A stretch of 64,000 bases of DNA from Coraliomargarita sp. (GTDB lineage: Bacteria > Verrucomicrobiota > Verrucomicrobiia > Opitutales > Coraliomargaritaceae), in contig OZ244160.1 in the NCBI GenBank assembly GCA_965216325.1, positions 128,001 through 192,000 on the forward strand, given 5' to 3'. Below, one piece after another: positions 47,150 to 55,989 of the stretch (the stretch's first letter is position 1; every line of letters starts with the position of its first letter). Below the pieces are notes generated by a model. It worked only from the letters and a program-made list of their open reading frames with translations. It had not been told where the DNA came from and did no database searches. The translations under genes were made by a program, and so were the position numbers.

Positions 47150-48148
47150 ATGAAGCATCTCAAAAAATCTACTTTTCTGCTGGCGAGCGCTGCCCTGAGC
47201 CTCGCAGCAACCAGCCAAGCCGCTGAGGTTAGCACTGATCCGGTTGGCTATGTCTCGACTTCACTAAATTCGGGATACACCCCGGTTGGCATCACTTTTG
47301 TCAAACCTGCAGAATTTTCTGGAACAGGGGCATCTGCCACCGCAACCACCATTGAACTTTCTTCAGCCCCATCGCTGGATCTTGATAATAATACATATTA
47401 TGTTGAGATAACTAGTGGAGATAATGTTGGTGATCGTATCGACATTGCTTCTGTTGCGGGTTCTACAGTAACTTTTGATTTCTCTGTCTCCTACAACACA
47501 TTGGATAGTGTAGCTGGCTTGGCTGATGGCACTGCTCTTCTTATTCGTCCCCACTACACTGTTGGTGACTTCAGTGCTTTAATCGCTGATAGTATTAATT
47601 CGGATGATGCATTTACGCCTGCGGGCTCTGATCAAATCCTCATTTTTGATGGTTCATTCAAAACTCATATATATTACAGCGGGGCTTGGTATGAGAATTT
47701 TGGTAGCTTCGAGCTGGCCACTGACAAAGTCCTAGCTCCGGGATTCGGTTTTTTCTATCATCGTAACCCAAGTGCTGGAACTCCAAGCACAATAGATGTT
47801 ACCTTTACTGGTTCTGTTCGCATGAACAATTTTGTGCAGCGTTTGCGTCCAGGCTACCAATTTGTTGCTAGTGGATATCCGATCGATGCATCCCCTTCTG
47901 ATTATAGTTACGATGAGAATCTAGAGGCTTCACCTAATTTTGTCGCAAGCGAGTCTGACTTGATCCTGACCTGGGATAATGGATTTAAGACTCACTTGCT
48001 GTATGACGACGGTAATACGAAGTCTTGGTATCAGAACTTTGGATCCTTTGACCAGGTTGACGATGACAATCTTCTTACTTCGTCGAATGCGATGTTCGTC
48101 TTCATCAAGACGAATGGGCAAGTTTTTGAGATTGTTCGCCCATTTTAA
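47150..48148 (+). CDS. Secreted Verrucomicrobia-type protein (TIGR02597-like)
   Basis: Signal peptide then STDPVGYV; YYVEITSG, IRPHYTV; AT-rich. Confidence 0.75.
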   Translation: MKHLKKSTFLLASAALSLAATSQAAEVSTDPVGYVSTSLNSGYTPVGITFVKPAEFSGTGASATATTIELSSAPSLDLDNNTYYVEITSGDNVGDRIDIASVAGSTVTFDFSVSYNTLDSVAGLADGTALLIRPHYTVGDFSALIADSINSDDAFTPAGSDQILIFDGSFKTHIYYSGAWYENFGSFELATDKVLAPGFGFFYHRNPSAGTPSTIDVTFTGSVRMNNFVQRLRPGYQFVASGYPIDASPSDYSYDENLEASPNFVASESDLILTWDNGFKTHLLYDDGNTKSWYQNFGSFDQVDDDNLLTSSNAMFVFIKTNGQVFEIVRPF

Positions 48149-48184
48149 TTCCGACAGCTTTTTATTACTACAAACTAGAAATCT

Positions 48185-48778
48185 ATGAACAAAAGAATCG
48201 TTTCAATTTTTGCTGCACTAGTGTGTGGATCCACGCTTTCTGCATCTTTGATCAATTTTCAGTCTGGTTCTCTTACCTCCTTTTTGCAAGCCGATGGTGC
48301 GACCAATCTTGATGGCACGTATACATTTGCATTGGGCACCTTCAGCGAAGCTGCTCTAGCGGGTAGCTCGGACTCTTGGTTCGCTGCTTTTGATGATCAG
48401 ATGGTGGGGACAAATGATTGGCTTACTTCTGGTCCTGCTCCGGTGATCAATACCTTTCAAGGCGACCAATTGATGGTTGATGGCAGTGAGACTAGCAGTG
48501 CTGCTTACATTTTTGGATATAATACGGATCAATCTGAAATTATCATCTTCAGGAATGCTTCATGGGTGTTCCCAACGTTCGATGATCTGGATGTTAGTGC
48601 AGATATTTTCTCGCTTCAAGACGCTAACACAGAAGTTGTCACATCCGCTGGCTCTTGGGTGACATTCAATAATAATCTTCAGATGATTACAGCATCTGCA
48701 GTTCCAGAGCCATCCACCTACGCAGCACTCTCTGGTTTGCTTGCGCTAGGCTACGTGATGGTTCGCCGTCGTAAGTAA
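48185..48778 (+). CDS. PEP-CTERM sorting domain protein
   Basis: Signal peptide; C-terminal VPEPSTYAALSGLLALGYVMVRRRK. Confidence 0.96.
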   Translation: MNKRIVSIFAALVCGSTLSASLINFQSGSLTSFLQADGATNLDGTYTFALGTFSEAALAGSSDSWFAAFDDQMVGTNDWLTSGPAPVINTFQGDQLMVDGSETSSAAYIFGYNTDQSEIIIFRNASWVFPTFDDLDVSADIFSLQDANTEVVTSAGSWVTFNNNLQMITASAVPEPSTYAALSGLLALGYVMVRRRK

Positions 48779-48801
48779 GCGATTTCGCAATTTAACTTTG
48801 C

Positions 48802-48833
48802 AGCCTCGGTTCGTTTCGGACCGAGGCTTTTTT
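48802..48833 (+). terminator. Rho-independent terminator
   Basis: AGCCTCGGT-TCGTTTCGG-ACCGAGGCT followed by a T run. Confidence 0.9.
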
Positions 48834-48907
48834 GTGTCTGGAGCGGGACGCTAGGGTAGGACAGTTTTGCAGGTGCTTTGGGTCTCCTTCGCGAAACTTT
48901 GCAGGCA

Positions 48908-49470
48908 AGTAATAATTAGGGACAGGCTAAATAAAATTGACCTCAATCTGAATTCTGAGCAGTGTTTATCCCATAGCAATGCGCCAACGACGTCTAAAAG
49001 TAGGAGGCAGGGAAGCGATCTATCACTGTATGACTCGGACAGTGAATGGTGAGTTGCTGTTTGAGGATCGTGAGAAGGAGATGCTGCGTAAGATGATGCA
49101 TCAGGTCGCAGACTTTTGTGGAGTTCAGGTGCTCACGTTTTGCATTATGTCGAACCACTTTCACGTGCTGGTTAAGGTGCCCGATGCGCCACAAGTTTCT
49201 GATCAAGAGCTGATGCGGCGTTACAAAGTGCTGTATCCGAAGCCAACGAAATATCAGGCCGAATCTGCGAAGCAGATGGAGTTGCTTCTTTTAGCTGGGG
49301 GTGATGATGCAGAGGTAATTCGATCCAAACTATTGGCTCGAGTAATAATTAGGGACAGGCTAAATAAAATTGACCTCAATCTGAATTCTGAGCAGTGTCT
49401 ATCCCATAGCAATGCGCCAACGACGTCTAAAAGTAGGAGGCAGGGAAGCGATCTATCACTGTATGACTCG
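48908..49470 (+). pseudogene. Two 3'-truncated tandem copies (433 bp and 130 bp) of the 5' end of the Y1 transposase gene
   Basis: Units start AGTAATAATTAGGGACAGGC at 48908, 49341 and 49471; near-identical to 49471-49903. Confidence 0.93.
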
Positions 49471-49541
49471 AGTAATAATTAGGGACAGGCTAAATAAAAT
49501 TGACCTCAATCTGAATTCTGAGCAGTGTTTATCCCATAGCA

Positions 49542-50522
49542 ATGCGCCAACGACGTCTAAAAGTAGGAGGCAGGGAAGCGATCTATCACTGTATGACTCG
49601 GACAGTGAATGGTGAGTTGCTGTTTGAGGATCGTGAGAAGGAGATGCTGCGTAAGATGATGCATCAGGTCGCAGACTTTTGTGGAGTTGAGGTGCTCACG
49701 TTTTGCATTATGTCGAACCACTTTCACGTGCTAGTTAAGGTGCCCGATGCGCCACAAGTTTCTGATCAAGAGCTGATGCGGCGTTACAAAGTGCTGTATC
49801 CGAAGCCAACGAAATATCAGGCCGAATCTGCGAAGCAGATGGAGTTGCTTCTTTTAGCTGGGGGTGATGATGCAGAGGTAATTCGATCCAAACTATTGGC
49901 TCGTATGGCAGATGTTTCTGAGTTTATGAAAGCGCTCAAACAGCGCTTTTCGGTCTGGTATAACCGCAGCCATCGCCGCTACGGGACGCTTTGGGCAGAG
50001 CGCTTTAAGTCGGTGCTGGTTGAGGGCGCGGGCAATGCCCTGCAAACCATTGCTGCCTATATCGATTTGAATTCAGTGCGGGCAGGTTTAGTTGATGATC
50101 CGAAGGACTACCGCTTCTGTGGCTATGCTGAAGCGGTGGCAGGAGTCGCCAGTGCGTGCAATGGACTTAAGCGTATATGGGCCGACCACGGCCGAGACTA
50201 TCTCCACGCACATCGAACGCTTTTATTTGGTAAGGGGGCTAGTCCGTGGACGCATCACGGAAAAGTCATCAATCGGCAGAAAGCCCTCAAGGTATTGGAG
50301 CGAGAGGACGGCGAACTTTCCAAGGCGGCGATACTGCGTTGTCGAATTCGCTACTTCTCAGATGGCGCAATTCTTGGCAGTGCCGAATATGTGCGTGGCT
50401 TCTCGGGTGCATGGCAACTTGAACGTGGGCGCAAGCATCCTCCTAAAGTTAATCAACTGCGCGGTGCTGCTTGGGGCGATCTATCAGTCATTCAAGGACT
50501 GCGGAAGCAGGTGTTTGGTTAG
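49542..50522 (+). CDS. HUH Y1 tyrosine transposase (RAYT-like, long form)
   Basis: YHCMTR, MSNHFHVLV (HUH), LWAERFKS, YIDLNSVRAG (catalytic Tyr), DPKDYRF. Confidence 0.92.
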   Translation: MRQRRLKVGGREAIYHCMTRTVNGELLFEDREKEMLRKMMHQVADFCGVEVLTFCIMSNHFHVLVKVPDAPQVSDQELMRRYKVLYPKPTKYQAESAKQMELLLLAGGDDAEVIRSKLLARMADVSEFMKALKQRFSVWYNRSHRRYGTLWAERFKSVLVEGAGNALQTIAAYIDLNSVRAGLVDDPKDYRFCGYAEAVAGVASACNGLKRIWADHGRDYLHAHRTLLFGKGASPWTHHGKVINRQKALKVLEREDGELSKAAILRCRIRYFSDGAILGSAEYVRGFSGAWQLERGRKHPPKVNQLRGAAWGDLSVIQGLRKQVFG

Positions 50523-50574
50523 CGCGTTGTTTTAGGATCGTCCTCGATCATCCTGGTCTTGTAGGCTCACGCTT

Positions 50575-51105
50575 ATGAAATTTAGCCAACTGCCCCGTCT
50601 TGTCTTTGCCTGTTCACTCGCGTTAGCTGCGCTTCAGTTCAGTGGCTGTCTTCAGTCCTGTCAGAATATGAGTTATGATGACCGTATGATTGTTGGTGAA
50701 AGTGCGTTCATCCACATTGAGGAAATTGATCATGCTCTGGAAGCGCGCATTGATACGGGGGCGCGCACGACGTCGATTCACGCGCTTGATATGAAGATTG
50801 AGAACGATGCCGGTGATTATAAGGAGAATGTCGGCAAGCAGATCAGCTACACGATTGTAGATGCGGATGGAAAGCGTTTCCCGATGACCGGTGTGATCGG
50901 TGGCTACACGGTGGTGCGTAACGCGCAAGGCACCGAGACTCGCTATCATGTGCCCATGACTTTGACCTGGCAGGGCGTGAGTAAGCCAATCGAAGTGAAC
51001 CTTCGCGACCGCTCGGCGATGACTTACAAGCTGTTGATTGGTCGCGACTGGTTGGCGGACGATTTCCTGGTCAATGTCGACATTGCCGAAGAGCAACCGG
51101 AATAA
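50575..51105 (+). CDS. Retropepsin-like putative protease (RimB-like / ATP-dependent zinc protease family), probably exported
   Basis: ARIDTGARTTSIHA, LRDRSAMTYKLLIGRDWL; signal/lipobox-like N-terminus. Confidence 0.85.
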   Translation: MKFSQLPRLVFACSLALAALQFSGCLQSCQNMSYDDRMIVGESAFIHIEEIDHALEARIDTGARTTSIHALDMKIENDAGDYKENVGKQISYTIVDADGKRFPMTGVIGGYTVVRNAQGTETRYHVPMTLTWQGVSKPIEVNLRDRSAMTYKLLIGRDWLADDFLVNVDIAEEQPE

Positions 51106-51108
51106 AAT

Positions 51109-51191
51109 TGGAGGGCAACGCTCCGTCGTTGCCGTTCAGTGTTGTCAGTGTTCTGTTCTGGCGTGGTGGCAATGACGGAGCATTGCCCTCC
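51109..51191. repeat. REP doublet upstream of the RAYT
   Basis: TGGAGGGCAACGCTCCGTCGTTGCC-34nt-GGCAATGACGGAGCATTGCCCTCC. Confidence 0.95.
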
Positions 51192-51244
51192 GGCTCGCCG
51201 CGAGGTGAAATGGAATAACATAGGAGCATTGCTCACCAAATGAT

Positions 51245-51718
51245 ATGGAATATGAGGACCGAAAGCATCCGGCTAGGCATCCAGTGATCCGGAATGGAAA
51301 TCGCTCAGAGATTTTATTTGTCACGGTCTGCGCCCATCAAAGGAAGCGCATTCTAGCCACACCGCTGGTGCATGACTTACTGGTTGCTGCTTGGGAGAGC
51401 GCGGATCATTGGTTGGTCGGCAGGTATGTCATTTTGCCTGATCACATTCATTTGTTTTGCGCGCCTGCTCAGGTCGATTATTTGTCGGTTCAGCGTTGGA
51501 TTGCTTTCTGGAAGTCGTCCGTTTCAAAGGCGTGGCCGAACCAGGATGCCAAGCCAATTTGGCAAATTGATGGTTGGGATCGTCAGCTGCGCAAAGGAGA
51601 TAGCTACAGTCAGAAATGGGCCTATGTGAGGAACAATCCAGTGCGCCATGGGCTAGTGGATGATCCGGAGGATTGGCCGTATCAAGGAGAGTTGAATCAA
51701 TTTTTGTGGCATGATTAA
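51245..51718 (+). CDS. REP-associated tyrosine transposase (RAYT / TnpA-REP)
   Basis: LFVTVC, YVILPDHIHL (HUH), IWQ..WDR, YVRNNPVRHGLV, DWPY; flanked by REP doublets on both sides. Confidence 0.95.
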   Translation: MEYEDRKHPARHPVIRNGNRSEILFVTVCAHQRKRILATPLVHDLLVAAWESADHWLVGRYVILPDHIHLFCAPAQVDYLSVQRWIAFWKSSVSKAWPNQDAKPIWQIDGWDRQLRKGDSYSQKWAYVRNNPVRHGLVDDPEDWPYQGELNQFLWHD

Positions 51719-52587
51719 TGGAGGGCAACGCTCCGCCGTTGCCGTGCAGTGTTGTCAGTCTTCTGTTCAGGCGTGGTGGCAATGGCGGAGCATTGCCCTC
51801 CAGCTAGCAGTGGCGTGTTGTGTGTGATTGGAGGGCAACGCTCCGCCGTTGCCGTGCAGTGTTGTCGGCCTTCTGCTCAGGCGTGGTGGCAATGACGGAG
51901 CATTGCCCTCCAGCTAGCAGTGGCGTGTTGTGTATGATTGGAGGGCAACGCTCCGCCGTTGCCGTGCAGTGTTGTCGGTCTTCTGCTCAGGCGTGGTGGC
52001 AATGGCGGAGCATTGCCCTCCAGCTAGCAGTGGCGTGTTGTGTATGATTGGAGTGCAACGCTCCGCCGTTGCCGTGCAGTGTTGTCAGTCTTCTGTTCAG
52101 GCGTGGTGGCAATGGCGGAGCATTGCCCTCCAGCTAGCAGTGGCGTGTTGTGTGTGATTGGAGGGCAACGCTCCGCCGTTGCCGTGCAGTGTTGTCGGCC
52201 TTCTGCTCAGGCGTGGTGGCAATGACGGAGCATTGCCCTCCAGCTAGCAGTGGCGTGTTGTGTATGATTGGAGGGCAACGCTCCGCCGTTGCCGTGCAGT
52301 GTTGTCAGTCTTCTGTTCAGGCGTGGTGGCAATGGCGGAGCATTGCCCTCCAGCTAGCAGTGGCGTGTTGTGTATGATTGGAGTGCAACGCTCCGCCGTT
52401 GCCGTGCAGTGTTGTCGGCCTTCTGCTCAGGCGTGGTGGCAATGACGGAGCATTGCCCTCCAGCTTGCAGTGGCGTGTTGTGTGTGATTGGAGTGCAACG
52501 CTCCGCCGTTGCCGTGCAGTGTTGTCAGTTTTCTGTTCAGGCGTGGTGGCAATGACGGAGCATTGCCCTTCAGCTTGCAGTGACGTG
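51719..52587. repeat. Tandem array of 8 x 110 bp REPIN/BIME units
   Basis: Units start at 51719, 51829, 51939, 52049, 52159, 52269, 52379 and 52489; each is 25 nt REP + 34 nt linker + inverted 25 nt REP + 26 nt linker. Confidence 0.97.
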
Positions 52588-52671
52588 AAGTTGAATGACG
52601 TGGGGCCTTTGCCCTCCAGTTTCGTGGAATGCACACTTGTCATTCGGCGAGGCTTGGCGCTTCATAGCCCT

Positions 52672-53598
52672 ATGTCTGAAGACTCTAAAATCCGTTGCGG
52701 TGTCGTGGGCACCGGTTACTTGGGCCAGCACCATGCGCGTATCTACGCAGCATTGGATCAGTGTGAGCTCGTAGGTATTGTTGAAGCCGACGATGCGCGT
52801 GCAGCTGAAATGTGTGCCCAGCATAATTGTGACCGCTTCGATTCTTTGGAGGCGCTTGCAGCTGCCTGTGATGCGGTGAGTGTGGTGGTGCCGACAGATA
52901 AGCACTGCGAAGTGGCCGTGCCGCTGCTTGAAGGAGGCTGCCACCTTTTGATTGAGAAGCCCTTGTGCACGAGTCTAGAGGAGGCGGAGAAAATCCTCTC
53001 TGCAGCCAAGGCGGCAGGCCGTATTGTTCAGGTGGGCCATATCGAGCATTACAATCCGGTGATGGGATATTTGGAAAACGCGGTGACCGCGCCACAGTTT
53101 ATCACCGCAGATCGTCTCGCGCCGTTTAATCCGCGTGGCACCGAAGTGGGGGTGGTGTTGGATCTGATGATTCACGACCTTGGAGTGATTCTCGCACTGG
53201 TGCGCTCTCCGGTCGTATCGGTCGAGGCGGTGGGAGTGAATGTGTTGTCCAATAGTGAAGACATCGCCAATGCGCGGATCACTTTCGAAAATGGCTGTGT
53301 TGCGAACATCAACACCAGCCGTGTGAGCATGAAGAAGGTGCGTGAGATTCGTGTCTTCCAGCCAGCAAATTATCTCTCGCTTGATTTCATGAATCAGAGT
53401 GGTCACTTCCTGCGTAAGGAAGGCCCGGAGTTGGTGCGTGAGGAAATTCCGATTGAGAAGGATGAGCCGCTCAAGCTGGAACTCGCGTCCTTTGCTGAGG
53501 TGGTCCAGGAAGCCGGTCAGCCGAAGGTCGGTGCGGAGCTCGGTAAGTCTGCGCTGGAACTGGCGATCCAGATCACCGAACTGATCCATAAGGCTTGA
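52672..53598 (+). CDS. Gfo/Idh/MocA oxidoreductase (GnnA-like)
   Basis: GVVGTGYLGQHHAR, LIEKP, VGHIEHYNP, DLMIHD; true start ATG at 52672. Confidence 0.9.
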   Translation: MSEDSKIRCGVVGTGYLGQHHARIYAALDQCELVGIVEADDARAAEMCAQHNCDRFDSLEALAAACDAVSVVVPTDKHCEVAVPLLEGGCHLLIEKPLCTSLEEAEKILSAAKAAGRIVQVGHIEHYNPVMGYLENAVTAPQFITADRLAPFNPRGTEVGVVLDLMIHDLGVILALVRSPVVSVEAVGVNVLSNSEDIANARITFENGCVANINTSRVSMKKVREIRVFQPANYLSLDFMNQSGHFLRKEGPELVREEIPIEKDEPLKLELASFAEVVQEAGQPKVGAELGKSALELAIQITELIHKA

Positions 53599-53599
53599 G

Positions 53600-53694
53600 G
53601 AACATCGAACACTGAACGTCGAACATCCAACTTCGAATTTTGCTTAGACCTTTCGTTCAGCATTGGACGTTCAATGTTCGATGTTGGGCGTTCA
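53600..53694. repeat. Heptamer-periodic inverted-repeat element (GAACRTC / GAYGTTC)
   Basis: GAACATCGAACACTGAACGTCGAACATCCAAC ... TTGGACGTTCAATGTTCGATGTTGGGCGTTCA; half-copy at 8254-8292. Confidence 0.85.
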
Positions 53695-53696
53695 TT

Positions 53697-54440
53697 ATGA
53701 TCTCTGTTGTTTCAGCTGAAGTGGCAATCGTAGCGCATCGTGGGGCTTCCGCCTATGCGCCGGAGAACACGCTTTCTGCTTTTGAGCTCGCGTGGGAAAT
53801 GGATGCCGATGCGATTGAGGGCGATTTTCGTCTAACTGCTGACGGTCAGATAGTCTGCATTCATGATGCGGATACGAAGCGCGTGAGCGATCAGGTGCTT
53901 GAGGTCGAGTCGACTGACTATATGACTTTGAAGGCATTGAATGTCGGTGGTGCGACACCGGCACATATTCCATTGTTGAGTGAAGTGTTGGATACCGTGC
54001 CCGCAGGAAAGCGCATCGTCATTGAAGTGAAGTCCCACGCGGAGATTGTGCCGCATCTTGTGTGTGAACTGGAGGCGCATCCGTTGCCGGCAGAGTCGTT
54101 CTTTGTGATCTCCTTTGATACAGCAGTTTTGTCGGCCCTGAAGGAGCAGGCGCCTCAGTTGGAGACGGGGTTATTGATTAATTTTAAGCGTTCCGGCTTG
54201 AAGTTAACGCCGAGCTCAAGCGAGGTGTTTGAGCTGGCCGAGCAATGCAACGTAGATGCGATTAGCGTGAAGGCGCACCCGATGCTTTCGAAGCGGTTTT
54301 GTGCTGAAGTTCGTGAGCGTGGCTATGGCTTCCATGTGTGGACGGTCGATGAACCGCGGTGGGCGGCCGAAATGGTCAAGTGCGGTGCGCAGAGCATCAC
54401 GACCAATAAGCCGGATCTAATGCGTGCGAAGCTGAAGTGA
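53697..54440 (+). CDS. Glycerophosphodiester phosphodiesterase
   Basis: AHRGAS, PENTL, IEGD, IHD, IEVK, WTVD. Confidence 0.93.
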   Translation: MISVVSAEVAIVAHRGASAYAPENTLSAFELAWEMDADAIEGDFRLTADGQIVCIHDADTKRVSDQVLEVESTDYMTLKALNVGGATPAHIPLLSEVLDTVPAGKRIVIEVKSHAEIVPHLVCELEAHPLPAESFFVISFDTAVLSALKEQAPQLETGLLINFKRSGLKLTPSSSEVFELAEQCNVDAISVKAHPMLSKRFCAEVRERGYGFHVWTVDEPRWAAEMVKCGAQSITTNKPDLMRAKLK

Positions 54441-54445
54441 TCTTT

Positions 54446-54587
54446 GAACCGTTAATTTACGTTAATTGACGTGAATGATCATGGTTTGAATTGCTGAGGA
54501 CGCTGCTCTCCGATTGTGGACTATCTGGATGCTATTCTCTAAATCCTGTGCTTCCCATTAACGTAAATTAACGTAAATTAACGGTTC
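54446..54587. repeat. Decamer-periodic inverted-repeat element (CGTTAATTWA)
   Basis: GAACCGTTAATTTACGTTAATTGACGTGAAT ... ATTAACGTAAATTAACGTAAATTAACGGTTC. Confidence 0.88.
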
Positions 54588-54597
54588 GAATTTTCAT

Positions 54598-55776
54598 ATG
54601 TCTGATCAATTACCAGCACCTGCAGATTTCCCAGCGCCACTTGATGGTCAGCCGGACCTACTGATTATTGCCGGCGAACATTCTGGTGATGAGCACGCCG
54701 CGCAGGTGCTGGCCGATCTGCGGGCGAGGCAGCCGGACTTGAAGGTGGCCTGTCTTGGTGGCGTTGAGCTGCAGGCGGCGGGTGCGCAATTGCTCTATGA
54801 CCTGACGGCTGTTTCGATTGTTGGCTTTGTGGAGGTGCTCAAGCACTACAACTTTTTCAAGAGTCTGTTTGATCGCACCTTGAATTGGATCGAGCAGTAT
54901 CGCCCGAAGCATATCTGTTTCGTTGACTACCCAGGTTTTAATCTGCGCTTGGCGGAGCAGCTCTGTGAGCGTGGTTTGAGTAAAAAAGGCGGCGGTGATA
55001 TTGGTGTGAGCTATTACATTGGTCCGCAGGTTTGGGCATGGAAGGCGAAGCGTCGTTTCAAGATGGAGCGCGTGCTCGATCGCTTGGGTGTCATTTTCCC
55101 TTTTGAGGTGGAGTGTTTTGCGGATACTTCGCTGCCAGTTGAGTTTGTAGGGCATCCTTTTGTTCGACCGGAGCATGAGTTGCCCTTTGTGCAGGACGCG
55201 GATGCTCCGGTGCTGTTGTTGCCGGGGAGTCGCTCTGCGGCGGTTGGTCGTATTTTTCCAGTCTTGTTGAATGGCTTTCAGCAAGCGTTGGCGACGAAGG
55301 CGGATTTGAGGGCACGCGTGGTGTATCCGAGTGAGGCGATCTTCACGCAGCTGAAGTTCATTCTAGCCAGCTATCCTAATTTGCAGGCGAAGATAGAGTT
55401 TGTGCCGAATACGCAGAAGGCGCTGCCGGCGAGTGCGGTGCTGATGAGTTCCGGCACGATGTCACTTGCGGTTGCGATGTCGGCAATTCCCGGTGCGATT
55501 GCCTACCGATTGAACACGCTGAGCTATTGGCTGGGTAAGCTGTTGGTGAAGGTGCCTTACATCGGGATCTCCAACCTGCTGCTCAAGCGCGGGCTACACC
55601 CTGAGTTTATTCAGGGGGCCGCGAGTGCAAAGCAACTGGCTGCGGAGATTGTGCGTGCCACCGAGCCGACAGCGGCGGTGGAAGCCGCTGAGGGCGCGAA
55701 GGAACTCAGAGAATTGCTCAATCCTGCGAGTGACGCCACGGCCGCTGCTTGGCTGGCGCGTGGGATGGAAGGGTAG
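54598..55776 (+). CDS. lpxB: Lipid-A-disaccharide synthase
   Basis: IAGEHSGD, VDYPGFNL, PQVWAWK, IFPFE, FVGHP, LLPGSR, SGT. Confidence 0.95.
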   Translation: MSDQLPAPADFPAPLDGQPDLLIIAGEHSGDEHAAQVLADLRARQPDLKVACLGGVELQAAGAQLLYDLTAVSIVGFVEVLKHYNFFKSLFDRTLNWIEQYRPKHICFVDYPGFNLRLAEQLCERGLSKKGGGDIGVSYYIGPQVWAWKAKRRFKMERVLDRLGVIFPFEVECFADTSLPVEFVGHPFVRPEHELPFVQDADAPVLLLPGSRSAAVGRIFPVLLNGFQQALATKADLRARVVYPSEAIFTQLKFILASYPNLQAKIEFVPNTQKALPASAVLMSSGTMSLAVAMSAIPGAIAYRLNTLSYWLGKLLVKVPYIGISNLLLKRGLHPEFIQGAASAKQLAAEIVRATEPTAAVEAAEGAKELRELLNPASDATAAAWLARGMEG

Positions 55777-55845
55777 TGGAGGGCAACACTCCGTCGTTGT
55801 CGTCTCAGTTCATGCGTGGTGGCAATGACGGAGCATTGCCCTCCA
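55777..55845. repeat. REP doublet, GGAG family, abutting the lpxB stop
   Basis: TGGAGGGCAACACTCCGTCGTTG ... GGCAATGACGGAGCATTGCCCTCCA. Confidence 0.9.
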
Positions 55846-55863
55846 GCTTTGTTTACGTCTATG

Positions 55864-55971
55864 ACACCCCTCCCATCCGACAAGCGGATGACCTCCCCTT
55901 GGCAGGGGAGGAGCTTTATCAACTCCCCTCCTTGTTGAGGAGGGGTGACCGGCTTGACCGGTCGGGGTGGT
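55864..55971. repeat. Inverted pair of double-hairpin repeats (CCCCTCC/GGAGGGG type)
   Basis: ACACCCC..CATCCG/CGGATG..CTCCCC/GGGGAG, then CCCCTCCT/AGGAGGGG..GACCGG/CCGGTC..GGGGTGGT. Confidence 0.7.
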
Positions 55972-55989
55972 TCGTTTAGTAAGAGAGCA

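Noticed and set aside
48979..49615. ORFs 48979..49482 and 49412..49615 as separate genes
   Set aside because: Truncated duplicates of the transposase 5' end that lack the catalytic Tyr.
51719..52587. CRISPR array
   Set aside because: Repeats alternate in orientation, linkers are near-identical rather than unique spacers, there are no cas genes, and the neighbour is a RAYT.
51820..52671. Short repeated ORFs in the array and the 98 aa N-terminal extension of ORF 52378
   Set aside because: Translations of REP units; the oxidoreductase fold starts at ATG 52672.
53640..53696. N-terminal extension of the phosphodiesterase
   Set aside because: It is the right arm of the heptamer repeat; ATG 53697 is more plausible.
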